NCBI GenBank assembly: GCA_036229005.1
Contig: JAZAMN010000008.1
Span: 1-64,000, forward strand
From: Myxococcota bacterium
GTDB lineage: Bacteria > Myxococcota_A > UBA796 > CAJQPC01
DNA: 64,000 nt
Direction of reading: 5' to 3'
Shown here in pieces: positions 40,394-49,900 of the stretch. Position numbers and translations under genes: made by a program. The stretch's first letter is position 1; each line of letters opens with the position of its first letter. The notes beneath the pieces were generated by a model, which saw nothing but the letters and a program-made list of their open reading frames with translations, was not told where the DNA came from and searched no databases.

Positions 40394-41541
40394 CCCCAAG
40401 CGAGGTCATCCTGGGCCGCAAGCTCATCGTCTGCGTGGGCAGCGGGGGCGTGGGCAAGACCACCTCGGCCGCGTCCATCGGTCTGTGGGCTGCGCGGCAG
40501 GGCAAGAAGGTCCTGGTGCTCACCATCGACCCCGCGCGGCGCCTGGCCAACTCCCTGGGCCTGCAGGAGTTCGGCAACGACGAGCGTGAGATCGACCTCT
40601 CGAGCGTGGACGTGGCCCCCGGCGGCAGCCTGTGGGCCATGATGCTGGACACCCAGACCACCTTCAACGAGCTGATCGTCGAGATGTCGCCCAACCAGGA
40701 CACCGCCCAGCGGATCCTGGACAACCCCATCTACCAGACCATGAGCGACACCTTCGCCGGCAGCCAGGAGTACATGGCCGCCGAGAAGCTGCACGACGTG
40801 GTCACCACCGGCCGCTACGACCTGGTCGTGCTCGACACGCCCCCGGTCAAGAACGCCCTGGACTTCTTCGAGGCCCCCGGCCGCCTGTCCCGCTTCATGG
40901 ACCGGCGCGTGATCTCCTGGTTCCTGAACCCCCCCAAGCGCACCGGCCTGCTGGGCAGCCTGCGCTCGGGCACCAGCGCCGTGATCTGGAAGATGCTGGG
41001 CTACGTGTTCGGCCACGAGTTCCTGGACGACCTCTCGGACTTCCTGCTGCTCTTCCAGGACATGTACGAGGGCTTCCGCGAGCGCCACGAGACCGTGCTG
41101 CGCCTGTTCCGCTCGGACGAGTGCCGCTTCGTGACCGTCTGCGCCCCCACCGAGCCCTCGGTCGAGGTCGCCGGCTTCTTCGCCGAGCAGTTGGCCGAGC
41201 GGCGCTACCCCCGCGGCGGCACCCTGATCAACCAGGTGCACCTGTGCAGCGGGCGGAACCTGGATCCCCAGGCCCTGCTCGGCGAGCTGGCCCAGGCCCA
41301 CGACCAGGGGCTGCCCGACTACACCGCCGCCTCGCTGCTGGCCCGCCTGGGGGTTGCCCACAAGCGCCTGCGGCAGCTCGCGGACACCGAGCGTCGCCTG
41401 ATCGACCGGGTGGACGACTTCTCCGTGGGTTTCCTGGTGGAGATCCCCCGCCTGGAGCACGAGGTCCACGACCTGCAAGGCCTGGGTCAGATCGGCGACC
41501 ACATCTTCCACGCGGTCGCCACCCCGCCTCTGGGCGAGTAG
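40390..41541 (+). CDS. ArsA/Get3-like SIMIBI ATPase, subunit 2
   Basis: GSGGVGKTT, TIDPARRLANSLG, GSQEYMAAEKL, LDTPP; GTGA overlap with subunit 1. Confidence 0.9.
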   Translation: MTPSEVILGRKLIVCVGSGGVGKTTSAASIGLWAARQGKKVLVLTIDPARRLANSLGLQEFGNDEREIDLSSVDVAPGGSLWAMMLDTQTTFNELIVEMSPNQDTAQRILDNPIYQTMSDTFAGSQEYMAAEKLHDVVTTGRYDLVVLDTPPVKNALDFFEAPGRLSRFMDRRVISWFLNPPKRTGLLGSLRSGTSAVIWKMLGYVFGHEFLDDLSDFLLLFQDMYEGFRERHETVLRLFRSDECRFVTVCAPTEPSVEVAGFFAEQLAERRYPRGGTLINQVHLCSGRNLDPQALLGELAQAHDQGLPDYTAASLLARLGVAHKRLRQLADTERRLIDRVDDFSVGFLVEIPRLEHEVHDLQGLGQIGDHIFHAVATPPLGE

Positions 41542-41566
41542 CTTTTCGTCTCGAAGGAGACCCCCC

Positions 41567-42190
41567 TTGCGCAGCCCCCTGACCGCTCTGTCCGCCGCCG
41601 CCCTCACGGGCACCCTGGCCCTCTCCGCGCTGCTGCCCGGGACCGCCCACGCGGTGCGCCCGGCCATGGACCCCCAGGTCCGCATGCACGCTGGCCTCTC
41701 GGTGGTCGAGAGCCCCGCTCCCCTGGGCGCCGAGGTCGGCTTCGACTCCCGCCTGGGCCGCAACCTGGCCCTGGACGCCGGCGTGTTCTTCTCCCCCGAG
41801 ACCGAGCTGGGCACCACCCCGGACCGGGCCGTGGCCCGCGACCACCTGTCCATGCGCCACGGCCTCTACGCGATGCCCGGTCTGCGCCTGCCCCACTCCC
41901 AGCCCCGCAGCTTCCGCTGGGACCTCTATGGGCGCGCCGGCGGCGGCGTGATCTGGGTCGAGGACCGCTACGAGCGCAACAGCGGCTCCGTCACCGGACA
42001 GATGGACGTGGCCGGCTACGTCGGCGCCGACGCCGTCATCATGAAGGACGCCTGGGGTGTGCGCGCCCACGCCCGCATGGCGCTCACGGGCGTGTACGAC
42101 AACCAGCTCCAGAACGACGTCTTCTACTGGGGCAGCCAGTACGGCGTGGAGCTGGTCTACCAGTTCGGCTACCGCGGCGAGAGCTACTGA
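41567..42190 (+). CDS. Small outer-membrane beta-barrel protein
   Basis: Signal peptide ending AHA; amphipathic beta strands; ELVYQF near the C-terminus. Confidence 0.6.
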   Translation: MRSPLTALSAAALTGTLALSALLPGTAHAVRPAMDPQVRMHAGLSVVESPAPLGAEVGFDSRLGRNLALDAGVFFSPETELGTTPDRAVARDHLSMRHGLYAMPGLRLPHSQPRSFRWDLYGRAGGGVIWVEDRYERNSGSVTGQMDVAGYVGADAVIMKDAWGVRAHARMALTGVYDNQLQNDVFYWGSQYGVELVYQFGYRGESY

Positions 42191-42771
42191 GCGCCGGGCC
42201 CGGTCTGCCGCGGGAGGCTGCGCGAGAGCAGCAGCATCTCCATCTTGTCCTGACCGGCCGCCGTGATCTGCACCCGCACCGGCGGCCCGGGCTGCTCGGG
42301 CGCGAAGTCATAGACGGCGCGCTCCCCGCTCGGGTCCTGGACGCTGTAGCGCGTGCACACAAAGTCCCCGGCGGGGGTGGTCACGGCAACGTTGTCCTCG
42401 ACGGTGGTCCAGGCTGAGACAAAGGCGCTGTGTTGGGCCAGCTCGTCCCAGCGGTGGACCTTGATCTCCGAGGGCCCCAGCGCCGCTCCTCCCTCCTGAA
42501 CCGGCGTGTAGGCGATCTGCACCTGCGTGTCGTCGGCGGAGCGCACCTCCCACTGGATGGCCGCCGGCTCGGAGCCCGCCACGGTGCTGCGGTAGACCAG
42601 GGTCAACCCCACGGGCATGCCCGCGCGGATCTCCTGGGGGGAGAAGTGCGGATCTCGGCGCTCGGGGGGGCTGGGATCCACCGCCTGGGTTTGGGGGTCT
42701 GGAGGGGACGCAGCAGACACAGCTTCCTCCGGCGAGGACAGGGTGGCGCAGGCCAGCAGGGTGAACAACAT
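42184..42771 (-). CDS. Hypothetical lipoprotein
   Basis: MLFTLLAC; VTTPAGDFVC motif. Confidence 0.65.
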   Translation of the reverse strand: MLFTLLACATLSSPEEAVSAASPPDPQTQAVDPSPPERRDPHFSPQEIRAGMPVGLTLVYRSTVAGSEPAAIQWEVRSADDTQVQIAYTPVQEGGAALGPSEIKVHRWDELAQHSAFVSAWTTVEDNVAVTTPAGDFVCTRYSVQDPSGERAVYDFAPEQPGPPVRVQITAAGQDKMEMLLLSRSLPRQTGPGAQ

Positions 42772-42824
42772 GGGGGCAGCGTAGCCCGGATCGAGGGCGC
42801 GCAGGTGCGTGGTAGCGTCGCGCC

Positions 42825-45308
42825 ATGCTCTTGCTCCTGCTCGCCTGCCAGCGGTCGACTCCGGACACCACGGACTCGGCGGATCCGTCCACTGCAGCCT
42901 CGCTGAGCCTGCCCGCCTACCTGCTGATCCCCAGCGGAGGACAGGGGGAGCTGACGGCCACGGCGCTGGACGCGGCCGGGGATCCGGTGGCGGTGGAGGT
43001 CACCTGGCAGGTGGCGGACCCGGAGCTGCTCTCGGTGAGCGATGGCGTGGTGACGCCGAACGCGGAGCTGGGATCGACGGTGGTCACGGCGCAGTCTGGC
43101 GAGCTGGTGTCGAACCCGGTGACGGTCTACATCGCGCAGCCGGCGCCGGATGCGGTGCTGATCCCGGACGCCGCGGTCGGGGAGCTCCAGGTGCTGGAGG
43201 AGGACCCGGAGGACCTGTGGGACCTGCAGTTCTCGGCGGAGCTGGACGCGACGCTGCAGGTGGGGGACCTGGTGATCGGCAGCGGAGAGCGCTTCCCGCC
43301 CGCGCGGGTGGTGGAGGTGGGCACGCCCTACGTGATGTCGCTGGTCGCCGTGGACGAGGCCTTCGAGGCGCTGGAGGTGTCCGGCGAGGTCGCGGACTAC
43401 GTGATGCCCGAGCCCGAGCTGGACGTGGACGCGCCGTTCATCAGCGTGTCGGTGGGCAAGCCCCTGGTGTTCGCGGGGATGGACTGCCGCTTCTCGACCA
43501 CCAGCGACACGGACCTGCTGACCTTCACCAAGACGGACTTCACCCTCAAGCAGGCCCTGCGGCCCAGCTACGACTACCGGGTCAGCGGCTTCTCGCTGGA
43601 GCACGCCGAGGTGCTGGTTCAGGGGGAGCTGGAGGTCAGCGCGGACGTGGAGGCGCAGGTCTCCGACACGGTGCAGGGCAAGGTGAACTGCGGGCCCGAG
43701 AAGCCGATCTACGGGCGCTTTCCGCTGCCGCCCTTTCTGGGAGGACCCTTTGTGCAGGGCTTCGTGCCGATCGGCGCGGGGGTGGAGCTTGACGTGCAGA
43801 CCCAGGACTACGGGCCGGTGGTGGGCTTTGCGTTCTCGGGGGACGTGTCGGTGTCCGCTGGGGCGGTCTACGACGGCGAGGGGATCGAGGGCGTCGGGGA
43901 GTTCGAGCAGGACTTCAGCTTCACGCCGACGGTGGACATCCCCGTGGACGACGACCGGCTGCAGGTGACCGCGTGGCCCTATGTGAGCGTGGGCGTCGGT
44001 CCGGGCATCCCGACGGTGCCCCCCAAGTACTTCCCCTGGTACGAGGCGGTGGTCGGGCCGAAGCTCAAGGCGGATCTGGCCGCGCCGGAGAAGCAGGTGC
44101 AGGACAGCGAGGTCGTCTCGTCGCTGGCCCTCGACCTGGGCTGGCAGGTGGGGCCGCCCCAGAACGTGACGGACTGGGTCAACAAGCGCGCCGGGCACTG
44201 GCTGCTGGGCAAGCTGGGGGGCAACATCACGCAGATGGTGACCTTTGGGGAGGACATCCCCATCTGGAGCTCACCGCAGGGCGCGCTGACGGTCGACACC
44301 CTGGGCAGCGACGCGACCGGGGGCACCCTGACCCTGGACGGGCCGGCGGGCTGGGCGGCGGACGCGGTCACCATCCGCGCCTGGGATGGGAGCGCCCTGA
44401 CGGAGCTGGATGAGCAGCCGCTGGGGGAGAGCGACACCGAGCTGAGCTGGGCGGGGGCGGGCAGCGACGCGGAGGTGTACGCCGCCTTCCTGCAGACCAG
44501 CCTGCTGGACCTGCCGCTGCAGGTGGACGTGGTCAACCTGGGCTGTCAGCAGGTGAACATGGTGGTGGACCAGGCGACCTTCGCCGCGGACGTCGCGGGG
44601 GACGGCGTCGACGCGGACGAGTCGCTGGAGGCGCAGGCCGAGCTCACCGAGCTGCTGATGCAGTACCACTACTCCCAGTCGACCTATTGGTATGGCCAGG
44701 GCCAGTACTCCCTGGGCGACTACCACCTGAGCGTGGCCAACAACCTGGCGAACGAGGCCGTCGGGGACATCGGGACCTGGGGCGCGGTGAAGAACCTGGA
44801 CCAGGGCCTGCTGGATGCCAAGGGGGGCGCGGAGTCCGATGACTTCCGGGACGTGCCCTCTGCGCTCACCCAGGTGGTGCTGGAGGCCGGCTCCGCCAGC
44901 AGCGCCGAGGTCCCCGCCTGGGAGGACTTCAGCGAGCACTCCGCCACCCACCGCTTCCTGGTCGCGGGGGAGTTCGACGGCGACTACCCGCTGCTGTGGC
45001 TGTGGAACTGGAAGGCCGCCACCACCCTGGACGGCAAGGTGCTGCTGCGCTTCCAGGACTTCACCGGGGTCATGGCCTACGGCTCCACCACCACCTGGTC
45101 GCTGACCCTGGACGGGCAGGAGCTGTGGGGCGGTGGGGCTGTGGTCGTCGAGCAGGGCCAGAGCGTGCCCCTGACCCTGGGCGTGACCAGCACCGGCTAC
45201 TCCGCCGCGGACTACCCCAGCGCCACCGAGAGCGGCTCCTACGGCGGAGACGTGCTCCGCCTGGATGTGCACTTTGAGGTGACTGGGGAGGGCTGCGCTA
45301 CGGAGTGA
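42825..45308 (+). CDS. Large surface lipoprotein with N-terminal bacterial Ig-like domain
   Basis: MLLLLLAC; LTATALDAAG..VTWQVADPELLSVSDGVVT Big_2-like; beta-rich acidic body. Confidence 0.7.
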   Translation: MLLLLLACQRSTPDTTDSADPSTAASLSLPAYLLIPSGGQGELTATALDAAGDPVAVEVTWQVADPELLSVSDGVVTPNAELGSTVVTAQSGELVSNPVTVYIAQPAPDAVLIPDAAVGELQVLEEDPEDLWDLQFSAELDATLQVGDLVIGSGERFPPARVVEVGTPYVMSLVAVDEAFEALEVSGEVADYVMPEPELDVDAPFISVSVGKPLVFAGMDCRFSTTSDTDLLTFTKTDFTLKQALRPSYDYRVSGFSLEHAEVLVQGELEVSADVEAQVSDTVQGKVNCGPEKPIYGRFPLPPFLGGPFVQGFVPIGAGVELDVQTQDYGPVVGFAFSGDVSVSAGAVYDGEGIEGVGEFEQDFSFTPTVDIPVDDDRLQVTAWPYVSVGVGPGIPTVPPKYFPWYEAVVGPKLKADLAAPEKQVQDSEVVSSLALDLGWQVGPPQNVTDWVNKRAGHWLLGKLGGNITQMVTFGEDIPIWSSPQGALTVDTLGSDATGGTLTLDGPAGWAADAVTIRAWDGSALTELDEQPLGESDTELSWAGAGSDAEVYAAFLQTSLLDLPLQVDVVNLGCQQVNMVVDQATFAADVAGDGVDADESLEAQAELTELLMQYHYSQSTYWYGQGQYSLGDYHLSVANNLANEAVGDIGTWGAVKNLDQGLLDAKGGAESDDFRDVPSALTQVVLEAGSASSAEVPAWEDFSEHSATHRFLVAGEFDGDYPLLWLWNWKAATTLDGKVLLRFQDFTGVMAYGSTTTWSLTLDGQELWGGGAVVVEQGQSVPLTLGVTSTGYSAADYPSATESGSYGGDVLRLDVHFEVTGEGCATE

Positions 45309-45309
45309 C

Positions 45310-46101
45310 TCAGGGGGCGGCCGTACAGTAGGCCTGATGGCAGACCCGCCAGTCGGGGCGGGTGTTCAGGCGGTAGGTGCAGACATCTCGGGCCATGCTC
45401 TCGGTGCCCCAGCACTCCCAGGCGCCGCGCAGGCGGGGGTGCTGCCACATCCAGCTCTGCAGCATCCAGAGCTGCACGCCGTAGGCGCCCTCGGTGTCGT
45501 CGTCGCACTGGTCGTTTTCGTCGGCGGTCTGGTGCTCGCAGGGCACATGGCCCACCCGGGCGTGGCTGGCCTCGTGCACCAGGATGGCCCCGGTCACCAG
45601 GGGGAAGTCGCCCAGGATCCAGGTGGCGGCCCAGTGGTGCTCGGGGAAGGTCACGGTGCCGTCGGAGAAGCTGGCCAGGTGGTCGCTGTCCTCCATGTCC
45701 TCCACGATCCGGGTGTGCTCGATGTGGGCCGAGACCAGGGAGAACCACCCCCAGCCGACGGGGTCTTCGGGGGACACGCCGGAGGCCATCGCGCCATCGA
45801 GCAGCAGCTCCTGGGCGAGCTCAGGGGCGTCGGGGTCCTCCAGGGCCTCCCCCAAGGTCTGGCTGTCGTCGGCCAGCAGGGTGAGCAGGCCGAGCAGGAT
45901 GTGGGCCTCGGTGGTGTTCGCTGCAGGCGGGCTGTACAGCGGCAGGCCGATCCCCTCGGCCAGCGCGCTCCAGCAGTCGGGGGACACCTGGGCCGCGGTC
46001 TCGGCGTAGCTGTTGTAGGGGTCCACTGCGGGCAGCGCCTCTTCGCAGGCGGCCACGGTGCGGGGCAGCGGGTCGCTGCAGGCGAGCATCCAGATCCACA
46101 T
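45310..46101 (-). CDS. Lipoprotein with HExxH zincin-like motif
   Basis: ATG 46101 MWIWMLAC; ILVHEASHARVGH; CDDDTEGAYG. Confidence 0.65.
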   Translation of the reverse strand: MWIWMLACSDPLPRTVAACEEALPAVDPYNSYAETAAQVSPDCWSALAEGIGLPLYSPPAANTTEAHILLGLLTLLADDSQTLGEALEDPDAPELAQELLLDGAMASGVSPEDPVGWGWFSLVSAHIEHTRIVEDMEDSDHLASFSDGTVTFPEHHWAATWILGDFPLVTGAILVHEASHARVGHVPCEHQTADENDQCDDDTEGAYGVQLWMLQSWMWQHPRLRGAWECWGTESMARDVCTYRLNTRPDWRVCHQAYCTAAP

Positions 46102-46204
46102 GGGTCGATCCCCCGGTCGCTCGCGGGTGCATCCCAGAGCGAGAACACCCTCCAGGTGCGCTGGAGGGTGCTCAGGGATCACTGGGGGACGCGCCCCCGG
46201 GGGC

Positions 46205-48160
46205 TCACTCGCTGAGCTGCTGCCCGTCGGCGTCCAGGATCTCCCCCTCGATGACCACGGGCGCGTCGGCGGTCTCGGTGGGCGCGGCGGGCTCGGGGTG
46301 GGGGGCCTGCTCGGCGCTCACGCCCAGGGCCTGGGCGGCCAGAGCGGAGAGGGTCTGCAGGCGCTGCACCAGGCCGGCGGGGTCACGGACCTCGCCCTCG
46401 ACCAGGCGGGCCTGATCCAGGAGCAGCCAGGCCAGGGGCTCGGCTTCGGAGGCGCGGCCATCCTTGTGGAGCTGGTCCAGGGTGCGCACCAGGTCGTGGC
46501 TGGGGTTGATCTCCAGGATGCGCATGCTGGCGGGCAGCGACTGGTTGAGCTGCTGCATGATGCGCTGCATGTTGTTGCTCACGCCGTACTCGTCGTCCAC
46601 CAGGACGGAGGCGGAGGCGGTCAGGCGCTTGGAGCTGCGCACCTTGGAGACCTCGCCGGCGAGCACCTGCTGGATCCAGGTGGTCAGGTCTTCGGAGACC
46701 TGGGCGGTGGGCTCAGACTGCTCGTCTTCACCCAGGTCCACCTCGCCCCGGGAGATCGAGACGAGCTTCTTGCCCTCGAACTCGGCCAGGGAGGGCAGGG
46801 CCCACTCGTCGACGGTGTCCCAGGAGAGCAGGACCTCGACGCCCTTGCGCTTGAAGGCCTCCAGGTGGGGGCTGCGCTTGACGGAGTCGTGGTCGGGGCC
46901 GACCAGGTAGTAGATCTCGTCCTGATCTTCGCCCATGGCCTCGACGTACTGGGCCAGGCTGACCTGGCCGCTGGGATCGTCGTGGCGGGTGGAGTTGAAG
47001 CGCACCAGGGTGGTCAGGCGCTCCTTGTCCTTGGAGGAGCTGACGTTGTGCAGGCCCTCCTTGAGCACGGCGCCGAAGTTGGCCCACAGGGTCTCGTAGG
47101 TCTCGGGCTGCTTCTTGGCCAGGGACACCAGGTGGCGCAGGACCTTGGAGGTCAGGGCGGACTGGAGCTTGTCCACCACGGCGGTCTGCTGGACCATCTC
47201 GCGGGAGACGTTGAGCTGCAGGTCCTCGGTGTCGACCACGCCGCGCACGAAGCGCAGGTAGTCGGGCACCAGGAAGCTGGCCTGGTCGTCGATCAGCACG
47301 CGGCGCGCGTAGAGCTTGATGTCGCGGCGGCCGTCGGCGTGGTTCAGGTCGTAGGGGGCGGCGGCGGGCAGGAAGAGCAGGGCCTTGTACTGCAGGGGGG
47401 CGTCGGCGCTCCAGTGCAGGTGGCTGGCCGGGTCCTGGAAGTCGCCGGTGAGCTGCTTGTAGAAGGCCTTGTACTCGTCGTCCTCGACCTCGCTGGGGCT
47501 GCGGGTCCACAGGGCCTTGGGCTCGTTGGCCTGCTCCTCGGCGACGAAGATCGGGTAGGACACGAACTCCGAGTAGCGCTTGATGATGTCGCGCAGGCGG
47601 TCCTCGTCAGCGAACTCCTGGGCGTCCTCCCGCAGGTGCAGGATGATGTCGGTGCCGCGGTCCCCGCGCTCGGCGGCGGTCACGGTGTACTCGGTGGAGC
47701 CGTCGCACTCCCAGAGGATGGGGGTGGCGCCGGGCTTGCCGGACAGGGAGCGCACCTGCACGCGGTCGGCGACCATGAACGCGGCGTAGAAGCCCACGCC
47801 GAACTGGCCGATCAGGTTGTGCTCCTGCTCCTTGAGGGCCTGGGCGAAGGCCTTGGTGCCGGAGTGGGCGATGGTGCCCAAGGCGGCGATGGCCTCGTCC
47901 TCGGTCAGGCCCACGCCGTTGTCGGAGAGGGTGATGGTGTTGTTGACGGTGTCCACAGACACGTCGATGCGGGGCTCGCCGGCGGCCGCCTGGAAGCCCT
48001 CCTCCTGGAGGCCGACCACGCGGGCCTTGTCCAGGGCGTCCGAGGCGTTGGAGATCAGCTCCCGAAGGAAGACCTCCCGCTCGGAGTAGAGGGAGTGGAT
48101 GACCAGGTCCAGTAGCTGGCGGACCTCGGCGTCGAAGGTGTGGGTCTTGGTCTCGGACAT
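46205..48160 (-). CDS. htpG: Molecular chaperone HtpG (Hsp90)
   Basis: HSLYSEREVFLRELISNASDA, IGQFGVGFY, YLRFVRGVVD, LNVSRE and LEINPSH motifs. Confidence 0.97.
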   Translation of the reverse strand: MSETKTHTFDAEVRQLLDLVIHSLYSEREVFLRELISNASDALDKARVVGLQEEGFQAAAGEPRIDVSVDTVNNTITLSDNGVGLTEDEAIAALGTIAHSGTKAFAQALKEQEHNLIGQFGVGFYAAFMVADRVQVRSLSGKPGATPILWECDGSTEYTVTAAERGDRGTDIILHLREDAQEFADEDRLRDIIKRYSEFVSYPIFVAEEQANEPKALWTRSPSEVEDDEYKAFYKQLTGDFQDPASHLHWSADAPLQYKALLFLPAAAPYDLNHADGRRDIKLYARRVLIDDQASFLVPDYLRFVRGVVDTEDLQLNVSREMVQQTAVVDKLQSALTSKVLRHLVSLAKKQPETYETLWANFGAVLKEGLHNVSSSKDKERLTTLVRFNSTRHDDPSGQVSLAQYVEAMGEDQDEIYYLVGPDHDSVKRSPHLEAFKRKGVEVLLSWDTVDEWALPSLAEFEGKKLVSISRGEVDLGEDEQSEPTAQVSEDLTTWIQQVLAGEVSKVRSSKRLTASASVLVDDEYGVSNNMQRIMQQLNQSLPASMRILEINPSHDLVRTLDQLHKDGRASEAEPLAWLLLDQARLVEGEVRDPAGLVQRLQTLSALAAQALGVSAEQAPHPEPAAPTETADAPVVIEGEILDADGQQLSE

Positions 48161-48233
48161 GGGGATCCTCCCGGTTTTCCGGGCAGGTAGACCCCAGGAT
48201 AGGAACGTCAAGCAACCCGGCCCAGGAGACCCC

Positions 48234-48800
48234 GTGCTGCCCGAGCTGATCGCCGCGATGGAGCAGGAGATCCCGGGCTTCCGCATCCGCTTCAAGGAGC
48301 GCTCCCGCCTCCAGCGCCTGCTCGGTCGCCTGCTGCAGCCCCTGAACCCCGACTACCTGCGCGGCTACATCACGGTGCTCGGCCGCACGGTGTGGTGGCC
48401 AAGCCAAGCCGCCCTCCACGCCGATCCCCAGCGCAGCGCCGCCACCCTGCTCCACGAGCGCGTGCACCTCTGGGACTGGCGCGACCACCCCATCTGGTTC
48501 CCGCTCTCCTACGCCCTGGTCTGGCCGGCCTTTCGGACCCAGCGCGCCCACTGGGAGCGCCGCGGCTACTGCGTGGACCTGGTGATCTTGAGCCGGAAGG
48601 GGAGGACCCCGGAGCAGCTCAAGGCCTGGATGCTCACCGTCTTCACCTCCTCGGCCTACGGCTGGATGTGGACGGATCGCCCCGCAGTCGAGGAATGGGT
48701 GGACCGCGTGTTGGCCCAGGGCCTGTCAGCGGAGCTGGACGGGGAGCTGCTCGAGAGCACCCAGCGCTGGGTGGATCGGCTGCTGGAGCCGGGGGCTTAG
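48234..48800 (+). CDS. Small HExxH zincin-like protein
   Basis: AGGAG then GTG 48234; TLLHERVH...WERRGY (HExxH with a downstream Glu). Confidence 0.6.
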   Translation: MLPELIAAMEQEIPGFRIRFKERSRLQRLLGRLLQPLNPDYLRGYITVLGRTVWWPSQAALHADPQRSAATLLHERVHLWDWRDHPIWFPLSYALVWPAFRTQRAHWERRGYCVDLVILSRKGRTPEQLKAWMLTVFTSSAYGWMWTDRPAVEEWVDRVLAQGLSAELDGELLESTQRWVDRLLEPGA

Positions 48801-48807
48801 CAGCCTG

Positions 48808-49050
48808 CTAGGACTCAGGACCCGCCGACCCCGTGGTCCACCCCGCCGCGGCCAAGGCCTCCGGATCGCCCAGCAGCTCCGGGTCCCAGGCGTCCATCAG
48901 CGGCGCCAGGCGTGCGTCCCCAAATGTCCGGCTCCACTCGGGCTCGGTCTGGGTCGGCGCGTTCTTGGCCTTGCGCCTGGCCTTCTGTCTGTCCAGCTTG
49001 GCCTGCCGCCGCCGCGCCTGCTTCTTGTTCTTCCCTGCTCGCTTGGCCAT
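48808..49050 (-). CDS. Small basic hypothetical protein
   Basis: ATG 49050 after GGGGGA; Lys/Arg-rich MAKRAGKNKKQARRRQAK. Confidence 0.5.
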   Translation of the reverse strand: MAKRAGKNKKQARRRQAKLDRQKARRKAKNAPTQTEPEWSRTFGDARLAPLMDAWDPELLGDPEALAAAGWTTGSAGPES

Positions 49051-49221
49051 GGGGTCCCCCTGGGTTGAGCCCGCAGCATAGGCAAGGCCCCAAAGCTCAG
49101 GGAAGAAAAGGGCGATCCAGCGCGCAAATCGTTCCCCAACATCCAGGATCAACGCCAGCTTACAGAAAATCGATCCCACCACAAGCGAGGTCACCCGCAG
49201 CGCAACCGAGCCCCGGGGGGC

Positions 49222-49839
49222 TCAGGGTTCAGGCCCCCGGAGCAGGCCCTCCAGCACGGCCTCGCCCATGCCCGGCGCGATGCTCGCCCAGTCCCGCTCG
49301 GGGCAGAGGGCGATCATGCGCAGCAGGCCCCCCAGCCAGGCGGTCAGGGCCAGGCTCGCACCCTCGACGTCCAGGTCGGCGGGGAGTTGGCCCCGCGCCA
49401 CGGCCAGGCGCATCAGCTCCTTCTCGTGGAAGTGCACCTTGTCGGCGTTGTCCCGGAGGCGGTCCAGGATGTCGGAGCCCTCGGTGGCCTCGACCCGCAG
49501 AAAGAGCACGCTGAGCAGCTTCTGCCGCTGGGGGTCGGTGGTGTTGGCGTGGGTGATCCGCGCCACCCAGGCCCGCAGGGTGCCCAGAGGGTCTTCGGCG
49601 CCCTCCTCGCGCATCTGCTCCAGCACCTCGGCCGGGAAGAGGTAGCGATCACAGAGGGCGTTGAACAGATCCGCCTTGTTGCGGAAGTGGCCGTAGATCG
49701 CACCCCGCGTCATGCCGGCCCGCTCAGCCACCTTGGTGAGACTGGGGCGGGCCACGCCCTCCTCCGCGAACACCTCCAGGGCGGCGTCCAGGAGGCTTTC
49801 GCGGGTCTGAAGAGCTTGTTCGGGGGTGCAACGTGCCAT
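49222..49839 (-). CDS. TetR/AcrR family transcriptional regulator
   Basis: TRESLLDAALEVF...VAERAGMTRGAIYGHFRNKADLF; divergent from the RND operon. Confidence 0.95.
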   Translation of the reverse strand: MARCTPEQALQTRESLLDAALEVFAEEGVARPSLTKVAERAGMTRGAIYGHFRNKADLFNALCDRYLFPAEVLEQMREEGAEDPLGTLRAWVARITHANTTDPQRQKLLSVLFLRVEATEGSDILDRLRDNADKVHFHEKELMRLAVARGQLPADLDVEGASLALTAWLGGLLRMIALCPERDWASIAPGMGEAVLEGLLRGPEP

Positions 49840-49865
49840 GGGCGGACGCCTACTCTATCAGATAC

Positions 49866-49883
49866 ATTCATACATGCATGAAT
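49866..49883. promoter_or_regulatory. Probable TetR operator
   Basis: AT-rich palindrome ATTCAT-ACATGC-ATGAAT between tetR and the efflux operon, AcrR-operator-like. Confidence 0.7.
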
Positions 49884-49900
49884 AAAAGAGGCCTCCTCCA

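Noticed and set aside
39431..41541. Arsenic resistance operon
   Set aside because: No arsR/arsB/arsC/arsD nearby; the motifs fit the paired Get3-like clade.
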